A stretch of DNA of 64,000 nucleotides, taken from the human T2T-CHM13v2.0 reference genome, Homo sapiens. Below the pieces are notes generated by a model. The model did not search any database. It saw nothing but the letters and a program-made list of their open reading frames with translations, and had not been told where the DNA came from. The translations under genes and the position numbers were made by a program. The stretch lies in the NCBI RefSeq assembly GCF_009914755.1, contig NC_060932.1. The stretch is one strand, 5' to 3'. Below, one piece after another: positions 17,725-32,472 of this stretch (position 1 is the first letter of the stretch; every line of letters starts with the position of its first letter).

Positions 17725-18126
17725 GGTGAATTCCTAGAAGTGGGATTATTGAATCAAAGGGTATACATTGTTTTCAAGGCATATTGCTTAATTACTTTCA
17801 GAAATTTTATCAATTTAAATTACCCCAGTGAAGTAATTTTGTTAAATCCTTTTGGGGAGAGGGGGAGAACAACAACTAATAGGTAAATAAATTACATATT
17901 ATTGGAATTCATGGCCAATATATCAATATGATGAAAACCTTCTAAGGCAGATTTTTTAGTTAATCTTTTTCCTCCTCCTCACTCCCCTTCTCCTTGGCTT
18001 AGGATCAGCTGAGATTCACCTTGCGTTGAATCATTTTAATAATTACTCTGGCTTTTTCTTTTTCTCAGCACAATTCCAGTGGATATCACTAGGATGTGCT
18101 CCAAGAACTAGGGAAATGAGCCAAGG
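17725..18126 (+). repeat. Copy 2 of the ~400-bp direct duplication
   Basis: Begins immediately after the LTR terminal CA and aligns to 11820-12528 once the Alu is removed. Confidence 0.85.
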
Positions 18127-18289
18127 CTCAAAGCCTGAAGTGCCAAGAGGAAGAATGCTTGAGGAAGAGGCTGCCTAGTTCAATATATATTGCCACCCAG
18201 TTCAGAAAATGAAGTGCACTCCAAATCTAGGAGACTAGGTTCAACTCTGATTTAGCAAATGAATATTTTCTAGTTTTTAAAATTGACAT

Positions 18290-18698
18290 CGTGAAAGTTG
18301 AGTGTATCAAATGGAGTCAGTCTTGTCATTACCAACTAAAATGGAGTCCAGAGGTCATACGAAAGGGCACCCAGTTCCCATACACCTGTTCCATAAACTA
18401 TTTTTGCAATTCAACAAAAAACCCACAGAGACCTACCTGTGGCTTTAAGATTATGTCTTACCTGGTAACTGCTGCTACTTCATCAAGCAGAACTTGCCAG
18501 TTCCTGCTGGCACCAATGAACTTTCTTTCAAAACAGTGTACCTTCCTCACTTTCCCAATAAAACCTCAGCCTTTCCCTTCGTTCTTTGGACACACCCAGG
18601 TGCTGCCCAGGTCTGGGTGTCCTGAATTGCAATTCCTGCATTTTCCCAAATAAACTCTTTCTTAGAGATTGACCTTTATATATTATTTCAAATTAACA
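18290..18698 (+). mobile_element. ERV1-class solo LTR (family uncertain)
   Basis: tgaaagttg...aaatggagtc start, internal AATAAA, ctgaattgcaattc motif, ...ttaaCA end. Confidence 0.6.
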
Positions 18699-19392
18699 AT
18701 ATTGAGGAAAAAAACAGAATGGACACTTATAGAAAGATATCAAATAAGACTGCTCAGAAGAATAGAACCTTCATCTTTCCAATCATACTGCCATCAAGAG
18801 TGAAAAACTTATTTTGTTGGCTGTATACTTAATGTTTTAGTAAGGAGAAAGGGAAGAAGAAAGGTAAGGTGTGATCACTGACCTTGACAGAGGTTATACC
18901 TGCCTACCCCTACTAATTCTTCAAACCTAGCTTAAAAGTAACATCTTCTGGTAGGCCTTTCTTGACCCTTAGTTTTGTTTATAACTTCTTACCCTCCAGA
19001 GCAACATCTGCTTGCTGGTGGTGCTCTTCTCCTTCTTTCTTCCTCTTCCTCTCTCTCTTCCTCCTCCTCCTCCTTCTTCATACACATGACATCTGTAATT
19101 ACTTGTTCACTGCTGTTTTCTCAATACATTCTAAACTCCAAAATGACAGGTACCATGTCTGCCTTATTCACTGCCTGCGTCCCAGCACCAAACACAGTGC
19201 CTGACACAAAGTAGACACTTCTTACATAATTACATTAAATTGGATTGATGGTCACTCTAACTATGGTTTTATGAGCCATAAAGGAGAAAAAGAAAATGAA
19301 AACAATGTTCCGAATTAATACCGTTGGCTCCATCACTTGCAACTAGAATTTGCAAAAGATTATGTAAGTGCTGAGGGGATGTCCAACAATTA

Positions 19393-19760
<368 letters not shown>

Positions 19761-19926
19761 AATTTTGAGAAGACAATTATTTCGTTTGCTACCAAAACAA
19801 TGGGATAACATTTTTAAAAAGAAAGATTGTATTCAATACATTGAGGAAATGCTTACCATATGCCAAATACTGAGTATACAACTGTGAATAAGACATGGTC
19901 CTTGTCTTGAGGAGTTGAATCCCTTG

Positions 19927-20454
19927 TGTTAGGGAAGCAGGAGCCTAGGAGAGCCAGAGTGGCACCACTTTAAAAATCAACTCCATCTTGAGACTAACAA
20001 GGCACATTCCTTTTCGGTCACAACCCATAATCATAACACGTTTATAGTTGAGGAAACAGCCTAAAGATACCTACTACAAGGACACACTCCTACAAAAGCA
20101 GAAAGCCCACATGTCCCAATACCCATAACAATCTATGTTTTCAAGATAATTACAGTTAAGCTTTGATGTATTCACACACTAGAATGTCAAGGATAGTTAT
20201 CTTTAAATCAATAGAATAATTTGTAATGCTGTCTGCTCACCGACATGTAGACACAGCTTAGCTTTTTACATAGATAAGACCTCTGTATAAGGAAAACTTA
20301 CAGACAAGACGTGCCTCCTCTTACTCTCTGGGGATGCCCTACTTTGTAATGGAGTAGCTTTTAATAAACTCTCTTCTCACTGCGCTCTGCTACTAGCCTT
20401 GAATTCCTTTTTGCATGAGATCTCAGAACCCTCTCTTGAGCTCTTTTTCGACAA
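19927..20454 (+). mobile_element. MER41-family solo LTR (MER41C-like)
   Basis: Start tgttagggaagcaggagcctaggagagccagag...actccatcttg; aataaact and ccttgaattcc motifs; candidate 4-bp TSD cttg. Confidence 0.75.
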
Positions 20455-20889
20455 CTTGGAAAAGGCATTGTGAGTAGATAATTATAGTACAAATTGGTGA
20501 GTGACTGCTACAACAGAGGTGGAATTATGAAAACTTGAGGAAAAAAAAGATGATTAATCTGAGGTCTCAAAGCATGGGTAGTTGAGGAAAGCTGGGCGGG
20601 ACTTTTTCTTGCATTGAGAATGGCACTTAAAACACAAATCTAGCCTGGTGTGCCAAACTAGGCTAACAGTGAAAACTCAAAAGCTTAAGCAAAAAAGAGA
20701 TCAGATGTGCTTGTTTGTTTCAAGATAACTAGGTCTTTGTGTGGGGAGAAAAATCAAGTCACACATTCCTAAATTCCTCACATACATTTTCTGGGCTTGG
20801 ATTCAGACTCTGCTAGTCACTAGCTGTGATCACTTCCCTGTGCATGAGTTTTCTTGTCTGTAAAATGGGGCTAAAAAAATAGTATCTTA

Positions 20890-21195
20890 GCTGGGTGTGG
20901 TGGCTCACGCCTGTAATCCTGGCACTTGGGGAGGCCGAGGCGGGCGGATTGCCTCAGCTCAGGAGTTGGAGACCAGCCTGGCCAACACAGTGAAACCCCA
21001 TCTCTACTAAAATACAAAAATTAGCCGGGCGTAGCAGCCTGCGCCTGTAGTCCCAGCTACTCGGGAGGCTGAGGCAGGAGAATCGCTTGATCCCCGGGAG
21101 GCGGAGGTTGCAGTGAGCCGAGATCAGGCCACGGCATTCCAGCCTGGGTGAAAGAGCGAGACTCCATCTCCAAAAAAAAAAAAAAAAAAAAAAAA
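20890..21195 (+). mobile_element. Alu (S/Y)
   Basis: Full length, long poly-A, TSD tagtatct. Confidence 0.92.
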
Positions 21196-21753
21196 GTAGT
21201 ATCTCCCTAAAAGTGTTGTCAGGAAGCCAAAACGAGCTAATATATGAAAAGTATTTAGAATGCTACCCGTACTATATGTGTGAGCTCTTGTACGAAAGTA
21301 TTTCTCATGTACCTACTTGATAGCATTATGGCTTTCTGCCAGTAAGCAGCTGATTTTGTCTCACATTTCATTGCTTTCCCTTCAGGTCTCAATGACAGAT
21401 TTGTTTTTGAATAAATGAACCATGGCAAGATTCAAAAATACTTAAGCAATGCTTATATAACATTTAATTCAGTTCAGAAGATATAGGCATTCAGAGTGTG
21501 CTCTGCGGTAGGTATTACAAGTGCTCTTTTTGCCCCAAATTCAGAAGTGGATCTTGAACTGCCTAAAGGATTCAGACCTGACATTGTAAGAATGACTTTG
21601 TGAAGATAAAAACATATGAAGAAAGTCGCTTTCCAGAGATTAAAAAATTATCTACTTAATAAGAAAAATTCCTTTTATGATAATCTTGAGTACAGAGTTA
21701 GCAGGTAACAGCCATCCTGGTGATAACTGTATTCCCATCTGTAAGAGTCAGTT

Positions 21754-22050
<297 letters not shown>

Positions 22051-23559
22051 TAAAAGAGTCAGCTGCTCCTCTATTATTTTAACAAAACAGAACTCACAGA
22101 TACCAATAAGCAGTTTATTGAAGAATTCTCTTCAGGAAATGATTTCCCATACATTGAACTGATTCTCTTTTCTGCAGTCCTTTTAAATTTGATGTCAGTT
22201 CAGACAGCCAAACTTACTGGTAACAGTGAGGAATATTGTAGAAGAAAGAATAAAAGTATTGGAAAGCAAGGCAGTTATTGATAATTATGCATACTGGGGA
22301 ACCACAAGATTTGGAGACCAGGACTTTGACTTTTGGTTTCATCATTACGATTTAATCACAGCTGTGATTTAGTCAAGCCATTTAACCTCTTTAATTTTCA
22401 TTTTCCTCATTTTAAAAATCAAAGTTGTTTTGAGGGTCAAGTGAACGCCTGTGCGGGTGTTTTACCAAATAATTATTTTATTAGCAGATAAAACATAATA
22501 TTGGGGGTGAAAAGTTATAAGAGGTGCCATGTTTTTTTAAACCCTGCCAAGTATCTGATACAGAATTGCAAAGGATGTTCGAGTTCATGAAGAAGTTGCC
22601 TTCTCCCCACAGAGGCAGAGTGACTTGTAACATCTGTAAAAGGTCACAGTCTGGTTAGCGGTAGCCAGAATCTGGGTCTCCTAACTCTAGTTGCCTAGTC
22701 TTGCTTTTATGCGCCAGTGTCGTTCATCATTCATTAAATACATGTTATGGAGGATAAATTAAGGGCAGAGCATTGTGCTAGGTGCTGTGGGTGATCTTAT
22801 CAGACACAGATCTTTAGGGAATCTAGAGATTAAAAAGTATGAATAAAGTTATGTGACTTGGTGAAGGTCAATGGCGATTTGGTGGAAGAGGTGACAATGC
22901 AGCCACGCTCCAAAAGGCAGAAGGGATTTGCACCTATTATCATAGGGGTTAAAGAAGGAAGTCCAGAGTTAAGAAACAGGATGAGCAAAGACACTGAGGT
23001 CTTAAGCCTCAATAAATTTTAGGTAAGTTTCATCGTAGTAGAATAAGGGCTGTCTCACTCCGAGACTTTTGCACACTTTTGCTCCCTCGGACTGCTTGTC
23101 CTGGACACCGTGTAACCTCCCCCTGGGCGCCTCACCAGACTTCTCCAGGCCAAGGGAAGGACCACCTCTTGGGTTTCCATGGCTCCCTCTCTAACCACCC
23201 CCTTCTCAGGACACCTATGACACGACTATTTGACTTCTTTGCCTCCGAGCCCCCACCCCCAACGTTTCTGGTCTTGAGAGAACGGGCTGGGCGCATCCGT
23301 GTATCTCTAGCCTGAGCACCTGGAGCGTCCTCTCCTTTTCTTCTTAAGGCAAAAGCCTACTCATTCTTCCAGCTTCAGCTGGAATGTCAGGCTCTCCACG
23401 CACTCATGGCCCTCCCTTCCGCCCTCTCCACATACACAGGGCAGGGAAGCTGTGTCTGATTCCTCTTTCGGACTCCGGGGACTGACATATCATAAGCGCT
23501 CAATAAATGCTAGCGGAATGAATGGAAACGTTCCGACCCGAGGCAGCGGATCACTCCAG

Positions 23560-24450
23560 GCTTCTCCTCAAAGCGAGCACACCTCAGTCCAGGGAGGGCG
23601 CAGGAGCTGGGGCTGCTGCGGTGAACCAACCCCAACCCCGACCCCGACGCCGATCCCGGCCCCAGAGCGCCTCCTAGGCGACCCCTGGCCCCACCCACGC
23701 CGGAGCCGGCCCGCGCCCATCCCCACGCCCCAACCCGCACCACGCAACATCGCCCTAGCGCCTTTCGGGGCGTCGCCGCGCAGGTTGCGCCGCCTCCGAT
23801 TGGCCAAACGCGGCATAGCGCCATCTCGGCCTACCGCGCGGTGCGCGCCCTCATTGGCCGGCGGCGGCAGGAGCAGGGGTAGGGGGCGGGGCAGCACGCG
23901 GGGCGCGCGGTATGGGCGGACTCGCGCCTGAGCCCCGCCCCCGGTCCCTCGTCTGGGCCGAGCCCGCCCAGCTGGCTGAGACGCGTGGAGCCTGGCGGCG
24001 AGTGGGGGCGTGCGACGGTTACTCTGGTTACTGGGCCCGCGCCGCGCTGGCGAGAGCCGCCGCCCGCGAGGGATGCTGGTGAGGAAGCCGTCGGGAGCCG
24101 CCGCCGCCATCTGAGGGAGGTACCCTGGAAACCACCTTTTATCGGTGGGGAAGTGCAGTCGCGGTGGGCGGCTCTGGGGGCCAGCGAAACGGGAGGCCTC
24201 TAAATCTTTAGGTTGGGGCTGCATTGCCCTGGAGCCGCACTCTTGAGTCCGAGGCCATCTTTTGTTGGAGAAGGCGTCGGCGTTGGCGTTTTCCCGAGGT
24301 TGGGCTGTACAGTGTCTCCGTCCGCGGAAAAAGAAGCCTCTGAACCCGCGCCGGCCCGCAGCCCCCGTGCCTTCCGGCCGCTGCTCGCCGTCGCCAGAGG
24401 CTAGGCCACGTTTCCCCCAGTGCCGAGGTGTTTCTGTGACCCTCCCTCCA
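23560..24450. promoter_or_regulatory. SQLE CpG-island promoter with NF-Y, Sp1 and SRE-like motifs
   Basis: High CpG density; inverted CCAAT boxes (ATTGG) at 23799-23803 and 23853-23857; GC box GGGGCGGGGC at 23883-23892; SRE-like ACCACGCAAC (23739-23748) and ATCGCCCTAG (23749-23758). SQLE is an established SREBP2/NF-Y target. Confidence 0.85.
24073..24114 (+). other. Upstream ORF MLVRKPSGAAAAI* / alternative mini coding exon (ATGCTG|GTGAGG)
   Basis: ATG at 24073 with G at -3, TGA at 24112-24114, consensus-like donor at 24078/24079. Confidence 0.65.
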
Positions 24451-24876
24451 CTCCCATTCCCTTCTGAAAGGGCACCTGCTCTTGGTGAGAAAAGAAATTA
24501 TAGCACGAAGAGCCAGTATCAGAAGAGTATCCATCACCCGCAGCAACCGCTCAGGGAACACCATCAAAAAAGAAAAAAAGGGAATATCTGGATTTCCTGG
24601 GCGAGGAGGAGCGAGTCTGCTCGGGAGCTGTTCCAGCAGGCGATTTTTAAATACTGCTTTCTACGCCCTATACAACTTGGCTTCACATACTTTTACACTA
24701 ACTTTATATGATTTTTAAAAACTGGTCTGATCGGACTTCTCGTCCTGGGACACTGTTTACTGGAGTCTGGCCGGCTCTCCGTGCTCCTCTTGGTACCTCA
24801 TTTTGGGGAGAACCTTAAACCCACTCGAGCAGATAATCTCCGCCTTGACCGGTGCCACCAAAGAAGCCTTGGAACC

Positions 24877-25167
24877 ATGTGGACTTTTCTGGGCATTGCC
24901 ACTTTCACCTATTTTTATAAGAAGTTCGGGGACTTCATCACTTTGGCCAACAGGGAGGTCCTGTTGTGCGTGCTGGTGTTCCTCTCGCTGGGCCTGGTGC
25001 TCTCCTACCGCTGTCGCCACCGAAACGGGGGTCTCCTCGGGCGCCAGCAGAGCGGCTCCCAGTTCGCCCTCTTCTCGGATATTCTCTCAGGCCTGCCTTT
25101 CATTGGCTTCTTCTGGGCCAAATCCCCCCCTGAATCAGAAAATAAGGAGCAGCTCGAGGCCAGGAGG
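24877..25167 (+). CDS. SQLE: SQLE exon 1 coding part (aa 1-97, N-terminal cholesterol-sensing regulatory domain)
   Basis: accATG MWTFLGIATFTYFYKKFGDF...QFALFSDILSGL...LEARR; donor AGG|GTAGGT; 291 nt, phase 0. Confidence 0.97.
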
Positions 25168-25924
25168 GTAGGTTGATTTCAAAGCGGGCAGATGAATGTC
25201 TTATTTAGGAGTAGGATTGGGTTCACTCAAATATAAGTTTTATTTGAATTGCAAAAGGCGGCAGGTTAGATGCTTGTATACATTCTCATGTATTTTTTAT
25301 TTTAAACTCTGCTGTGCCTTGGTTACATCTTTGACCTTCTTAAGAATGAGTGAAGACATTTGTTTCATTTAGCATTGGTTGAGCCTCAGATGGAGGTTGG
25401 ATATTTGATTATGAAAGATGGAACGAAATGTTAGAATTTCATTTTGAAGGAGAAGAACAACCACTTTCCATGATGCAAAAGTTTTTAAAAAGTTCTTGGG
25501 TAAGGATTGGATTTGTGCCTGAGGAAGAAAGAAACGTGCTGCGGGTAAGTCCACTGCTTGTAAGAAGTGACAGCTGACTGGGGAAAGTGACAGAACAGTT
25601 TGAAAAGCAGGCAGAAGGAGAATGCTCAACATTTTGAGGCATTGGGCTCAAAGTTCTCCTCCCCCGAATATTGGAGCATTGAGTAAATGCTTGTAGTAAT
25701 GTCCTAACATAAAGGCCAGGTCTTCAAATAAGGGTGTAGTTGGGATTCCTGCAAAGGGAGCAGAGGCGGCCACTGGGAGAAGATGAGGGGGAAGAGTTTA
25801 GGCCAGATCATTTAGGGCATGTTGGCAATGAGTGTTCGGGCTTTTTCCCAAGAGTTCTCCCAAGAACACTGGAGGATTTTAAGTATGGGAGTAACTTTAT
25901 TCGGTGTTTACTTTTTAAAAAATT

Positions 25925-26227
25925 TTTGTTTTTTGAGACAAAGTCTCGCTCTGTCGCCCGGGCTGGAATGCAGTGGCGTGATCTCGGCTCACTGCAACCT
26001 CCGCCTCCCTGGTTCAAGCGATTCTCGTGCCTCACTCAGCTTCCCAAGGAGCTGGGATTACAGGTGCACGCCACCACTCCTGGCTAATTTTTTTTTTTTG
26101 TATTTTTGTGGAGACAGGGTTTCACCATGTTGGCCAGGCTGGTCTCGAACTCCTGACCTTAAGTGATCCGCCTGCCTCAGCCTCCCAAAGTGCTGAGATT
26201 ACAGACGTGAGCCACGGCGCCTGGCCT
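25925..26227 (-). mobile_element. AluS in SQLE intron 1
   Basis: Antisense Alu consensus. Confidence 0.9.
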
Positions 26228-26919
26228 GACTTTTACCTTTTAAAAAGAACATTGCAGTTGCTGTATGGAGAATGGGTTGTAGGCGTACAAGAATGGAAGC
26301 AGGGCTATCAGGCAAGAGACTATAGCAGTAAACGCCCACTTGCTTTTTAAATTTTTGCGCCACCATTTCTGGATGTGAGATCTTTGGCAAATTGCTTAAT
26401 TTCTGTGAGAATCTGTTACCTCTTCCATTAGACGGGAATGGCACCACCCTTGCTGGTAGTTAATACCTAGTCTATAACCGCCTGATAATAGTAGCTGTTA
26501 ATATTAGCCTAGGGGTAATATACATCTCTTAGGATGAGCTTTATGAGTAGCGCTGAGTTCAGTGACATGGTGCATGGGTTTGAGGAATGGGAAAGGAGGG
26601 AGAGAGAATCCTTAATGTTTAATTTGAACTCTTTTGTATTGTGGTCTGAAATAATTTCCCTTAAGGTCACTGAGCTCTAGTTCAGGTGGCTGGAATGCTG
26701 TTCCTGTTTTCATGCTGTGTAGAGAAATTTTGGAGTAGGAAAATTGGGTTACCAGCAATCAATATTGGTTCCATTTTGTGAACGCCCCAGGCTTTCTCTT
26801 TATTTTTTTGTGAACCAGGGAGTTGTTAGATTGTGATCTATTGACTACTAAGTTCCCATTAGTGCTTACTCTACTGATCAGGCTCTGCAAGGCCTGTTTT
26901 CCTCCAGAGCTCTCCTTTC

Positions 26920-26922
<3 letters not shown>

Positions 26923-26964
<42 letters not shown>
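26923..26964. repeat. (GT)n microsatellite
   Basis: About 21 uninterrupted GT units. Confidence 0.95.
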
Positions 26965-26967
<3 letters not shown>

Positions 26968-27863
26968 AAACAGGAAAAACTTATGAAGAAGCACATTTTT
27001 GGTTAAGATGACAAAAGGGGCTTGTCTTGCCCCCTACAGTAATTTAAATATAGTCAGTTCTGGCCATTAAGACATACTAATGGGAAGAGTAGAATATTGA
27101 GATCTTCCCATAGTAAAAGGACAGAAAAGTATTTTTCTGAGAGAAATTAAAAAAAAAAAAAGAATAGACAAATTCCCAGTCCACTATAGAGGTAAAAGAA
27201 TGCTGGGTGGATATTAGAATCACAGAGTAAAGTTCTAAAGGATTTTAGGCTTCGTCTTCCTTTTTGCTTATTTTTTAAAAACCCCTTCAAATGGCATTTA
27301 GTCTTATCTTAATCATTAAGGTCAAAGAACTCAAGGAAGGTGGTTCCTTGCAATTCTGTATCTGAAATGTATTCAAATGTGTGAATCCATCTACCAAGAA
27401 GAAATACTACAAAATTGAATTGTTCATTTTAAAAAGCCACTGTGCACTGTTGTTCTTAGTGGTCATAAATCTCTCAAAACAAGACTTTGCATCTTTTTAT
27501 GATCAAAGTTAAAGTTTTGCTGTCAGTTCAGCCAGTGACAGGTTTAATGTTTTTCCTTGTTCCTTTTTTGGGGACCACCTCTTTGACTAGGATCTCTTAG
27601 AGTATCAGGATGGGGAAAAAGGAGGGATAAATTAAATATGTGCTTATATGTTAAGGACCAAAATTGTAAACAAGTCAAATCTAAGAGTCGGTATGAGTTA
27701 TTTCTTCTCTTGTAATTTTGTTTATTTAGATAATCTTCAATTAATAGATTGGTAGGCAGGATTTGACAATCCTTTTGTCATATAAAAGTGATATTAAATT
27801 AAGATAGATTTTTCAAATGAAAATCCAGAAAGAGAAAATAAAGATGAATAATGAAAATATCTA

Positions 27864-28223
<360 letters not shown>

Positions 28224-28604
28224 TCAGAAGTTGTAAGTGATTTGCATCTTGTCGATTCCCAGGATATATTTGAAGAATTTAGTTATTAATGATACAGTTT
28301 GCCCTATAATAAGTCTTTGAAGCCCCTTATAAACATTTATTATATTCGGCCCAGTGTGGATTTCTAAATATGTCTGTATAACATTTTCCAAATATCATGT
28401 TTAGAAAACAATAAATATTTAATTTTATTGGGATAATATGACACACTTTTATTTAACGAATATTTTGATATCATTGATTTTTATATATTATCTAGATTTT
28501 AAAATGTAACAATTTGTTTGGTTTGATAATATTTAGTATCTAGCTTTAGCCTAGGATGCAAAAGTCCAGTGTGTCCACATAGCGGTAGCATGATTTGAAT
28601 CTAA

Positions 28605-28955
<351 letters not shown>

Positions 28956-29419
28956 TAGACCATCCTATGACCAGTAAGAAGGTATTCCATTTTATTTTCA
29001 TTTATAAAATTTTCTATACTCATTTACCAACAAATTTGCATGAAAGTGAGAGCAAAGGATAAAATAAGCATTTAATAGTATGATTAGATGTGAATTAGAC
29101 TTAATGAGATATAATAAAATGGCCAAAAGATTGTAATGGTCAAAATTAAGGACTGGAAAATCCTAGAATGAGGGCATTAAATTTTGTGAAAGGCGAAGGG
29201 AACTGTCATTTGTAGAGGGTATGTTGTATACTTGTTACAGTGTTATTACGTAGAATCTTTTATTTAAGCACCATTCATCCATTCAACCAGTGCTTTTTAA
29301 GCACTGGCTATTCATTTAGGAAATATTTATGCACTGTCTACTTTGTGTGGGGATGGGGTGGTGGGGTGGGGTGGGGTGGGGAAGGTGGGAGAGACACAAA
29401 GAAGTAAGCCCTCCCCTGT

Positions 29420-29570
29420 CTTTTTTTCCAAGGGCACTAATCCTATCGTGAGAGTCTACCCTCATGACCTAATCACCTTCTAAAGGCTCCATCTCCAAAT
29501 ATCATCACATTGGGGATTAGAGTTTTAGCTTAGGAATTTTGGGAGGACACAGACATCCAGTCAATACCAT
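29420..29570 (-). mobile_element. MaLR (MLT1/MST) LTR fragment
   Basis: ccctcatgacctaatcacc...catcacattggggattag motif. Confidence 0.65.
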
Positions 29571-30939
29571 ATTTGAACATTTTATGTCACTAATATATAT
29601 ACTAGAGTCCACTTTTTCACTTGACAGAAATATATTTCCAATACTGTTAACCATTCTTTATCAGTATCTTTTTAAGCCCAAGCATAGTTGTTTTTCAGTT
29701 GACTTCATAATGTACTTCACTTTTCAAACTTAGATGAATGTTTAGGTTATTTTCAGTTATCCTTTTTTAGGTAACACTATAGTGAACCTATTCTTGCATG
29801 TAACTTTAAAGATTATTAAATATTATGTCTTTAGGATGAATTTCTTACATGGATTTCCAAGAGTAAGATTATTACATCGAAGGATGCTAATTTCTTCATG
29901 GTTCTTGATAATTATTGTTATATTTTCTAAAATATAATATTAGTTCATAGTATCACCAGTAGTATATGAATTTATCAGTTTTATCATAATCTCATCAGTG
30001 ATTTTGATGGTGTCCTGTTGTTTCAATTTTTACTTAATTTTTTTTATCGTTTGAACATTTTTTCTGATTTGTTCACTGTTTCTATATTGCTTTATATGAA
30101 TCATCCATACATGTTTTTGTCCATTACTATTGGCGTCTTAATATTTTTCCAGTGGTTTTTAATGAGTAAATTTTATTATATATACATGTATTAATCTCTT
30201 GTTCTATTTCATATGTCTTTCCCAAAGTATTGTTTTAGTTTTTATTTTTAAAATTAATTTTTTAACTTTCTAATTTTCGGTTGGCACTTTAAAAATGTGA
30301 TATTTTCTATTGAAAGTTTTTTATTTTTCAACTGCTTTTGCTGCTTTAGATTTAAGAAAGAAGTTTTTACATGATTCTGATGAATTCAGTGTTTTGTTTG
30401 CTGCCATTTAAATTATTTGATGTACTAAAAAGTTCTTTGCAGTTTGTCCTGAGTCACTTTTAATGGATAGTATGTAATCATCAACAGTTGGGGGATAACT
30501 CTACCCTTTCCATTTGGTTTGGAAAATCTACTTTTTCATATATTCAGTCATTATATATAAATTGGGGTTTTTTTTTGAGTTTCCATACTGGTTTTATTTT
30601 ATTTTTATTTCTTTTTGGTGACAAATCTACATATTCATACATTGAAAGAAGTGTTAAGAAGGACTAAATGTGTTCCTATGTCTTTATGGCAGAACAGGTT
30701 TACTCAGGAGAGGATTATGGTTTATTTCATGTTGCATTTTCTTTCTGAAGTTGAAGTGGAATTACAGACCTGAAATAGTTATGTTGTTATCTTTAAATGA
30801 TATTACAGATTTGCTAAGACTCTCATTGACTTCCAGAAGCATCACAGTTTCTGAAATAGTTACATTAGTTTTGTTCAGTTCTCCAGATTTGAAGGCAGAG
30901 ACTCATTTTTGATGTGTGTGTGTCTTCTTTGGTTCTTAG

Positions 30940-31176
<237 letters not shown>

Positions 31177-31808
31177 TAAGACCACAGTTTCAAATATATA
31201 ATTACTAAAGAATCAATGCATTTAAATTTGACCTTTGTACAAATAAGATTTTATAAATTTTAATGAATTTTTGGGGCATAGTCTAGAACATATGTATATT
31301 AAAATAAACTGTCAGTCAAAAGAGTGTTAGATATTCAGTGCTTTTGTTAAGAATATCATATAGAGAATTTTCCTTTGACATGGAACTATGAAGAGTTCTC
31401 CTTTGACTAAATGAAAATTACATAATTTTTATGTGACGGGAATTTAGAGGATATATTTGTAACTAAGGCATAAGTCCATTTGTGCACATTTTGGAGTTTG
31501 AGTTTGTGGTTATGATACTTTCTATTAGAAGTCAGGATACAAAACTGCAAGGAGAAATCCCTGTTTCATTCTCACTAAAGACCCAGTCTGTTAGGACTGG
31601 CTTCTTCTCTTGTTTATTAACTTATATTTACCAGTAACCTTTAAAACACTAATTGAAGAAGTTTTAAGCGTGAGAACCCTCATGTGACTGACACAGACTA
31701 AAGTATTGACAAAGCAAGTGAAGAAGCAAGTGGACTTAATCCTTTGGACTAAAAAGACTTGATATCCATGGAAGAAGAGTATGTTCACTGTATGAAAATG
31801 GAAAAATC

Positions 31809-32472
<664 letters not shown>

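Noticed and set aside
17230-17886. 218-aa ORF
   Set aside because: Lies in the MLT2 LTR and flank; no recognisable domain, so likely a chance ORF.
23452-24711. Several 100-218 aa ORFs on both strands
   Set aside because: Expected from stop-poor CpG-island sequence; low-complexity Pro/Arg/Gly content.
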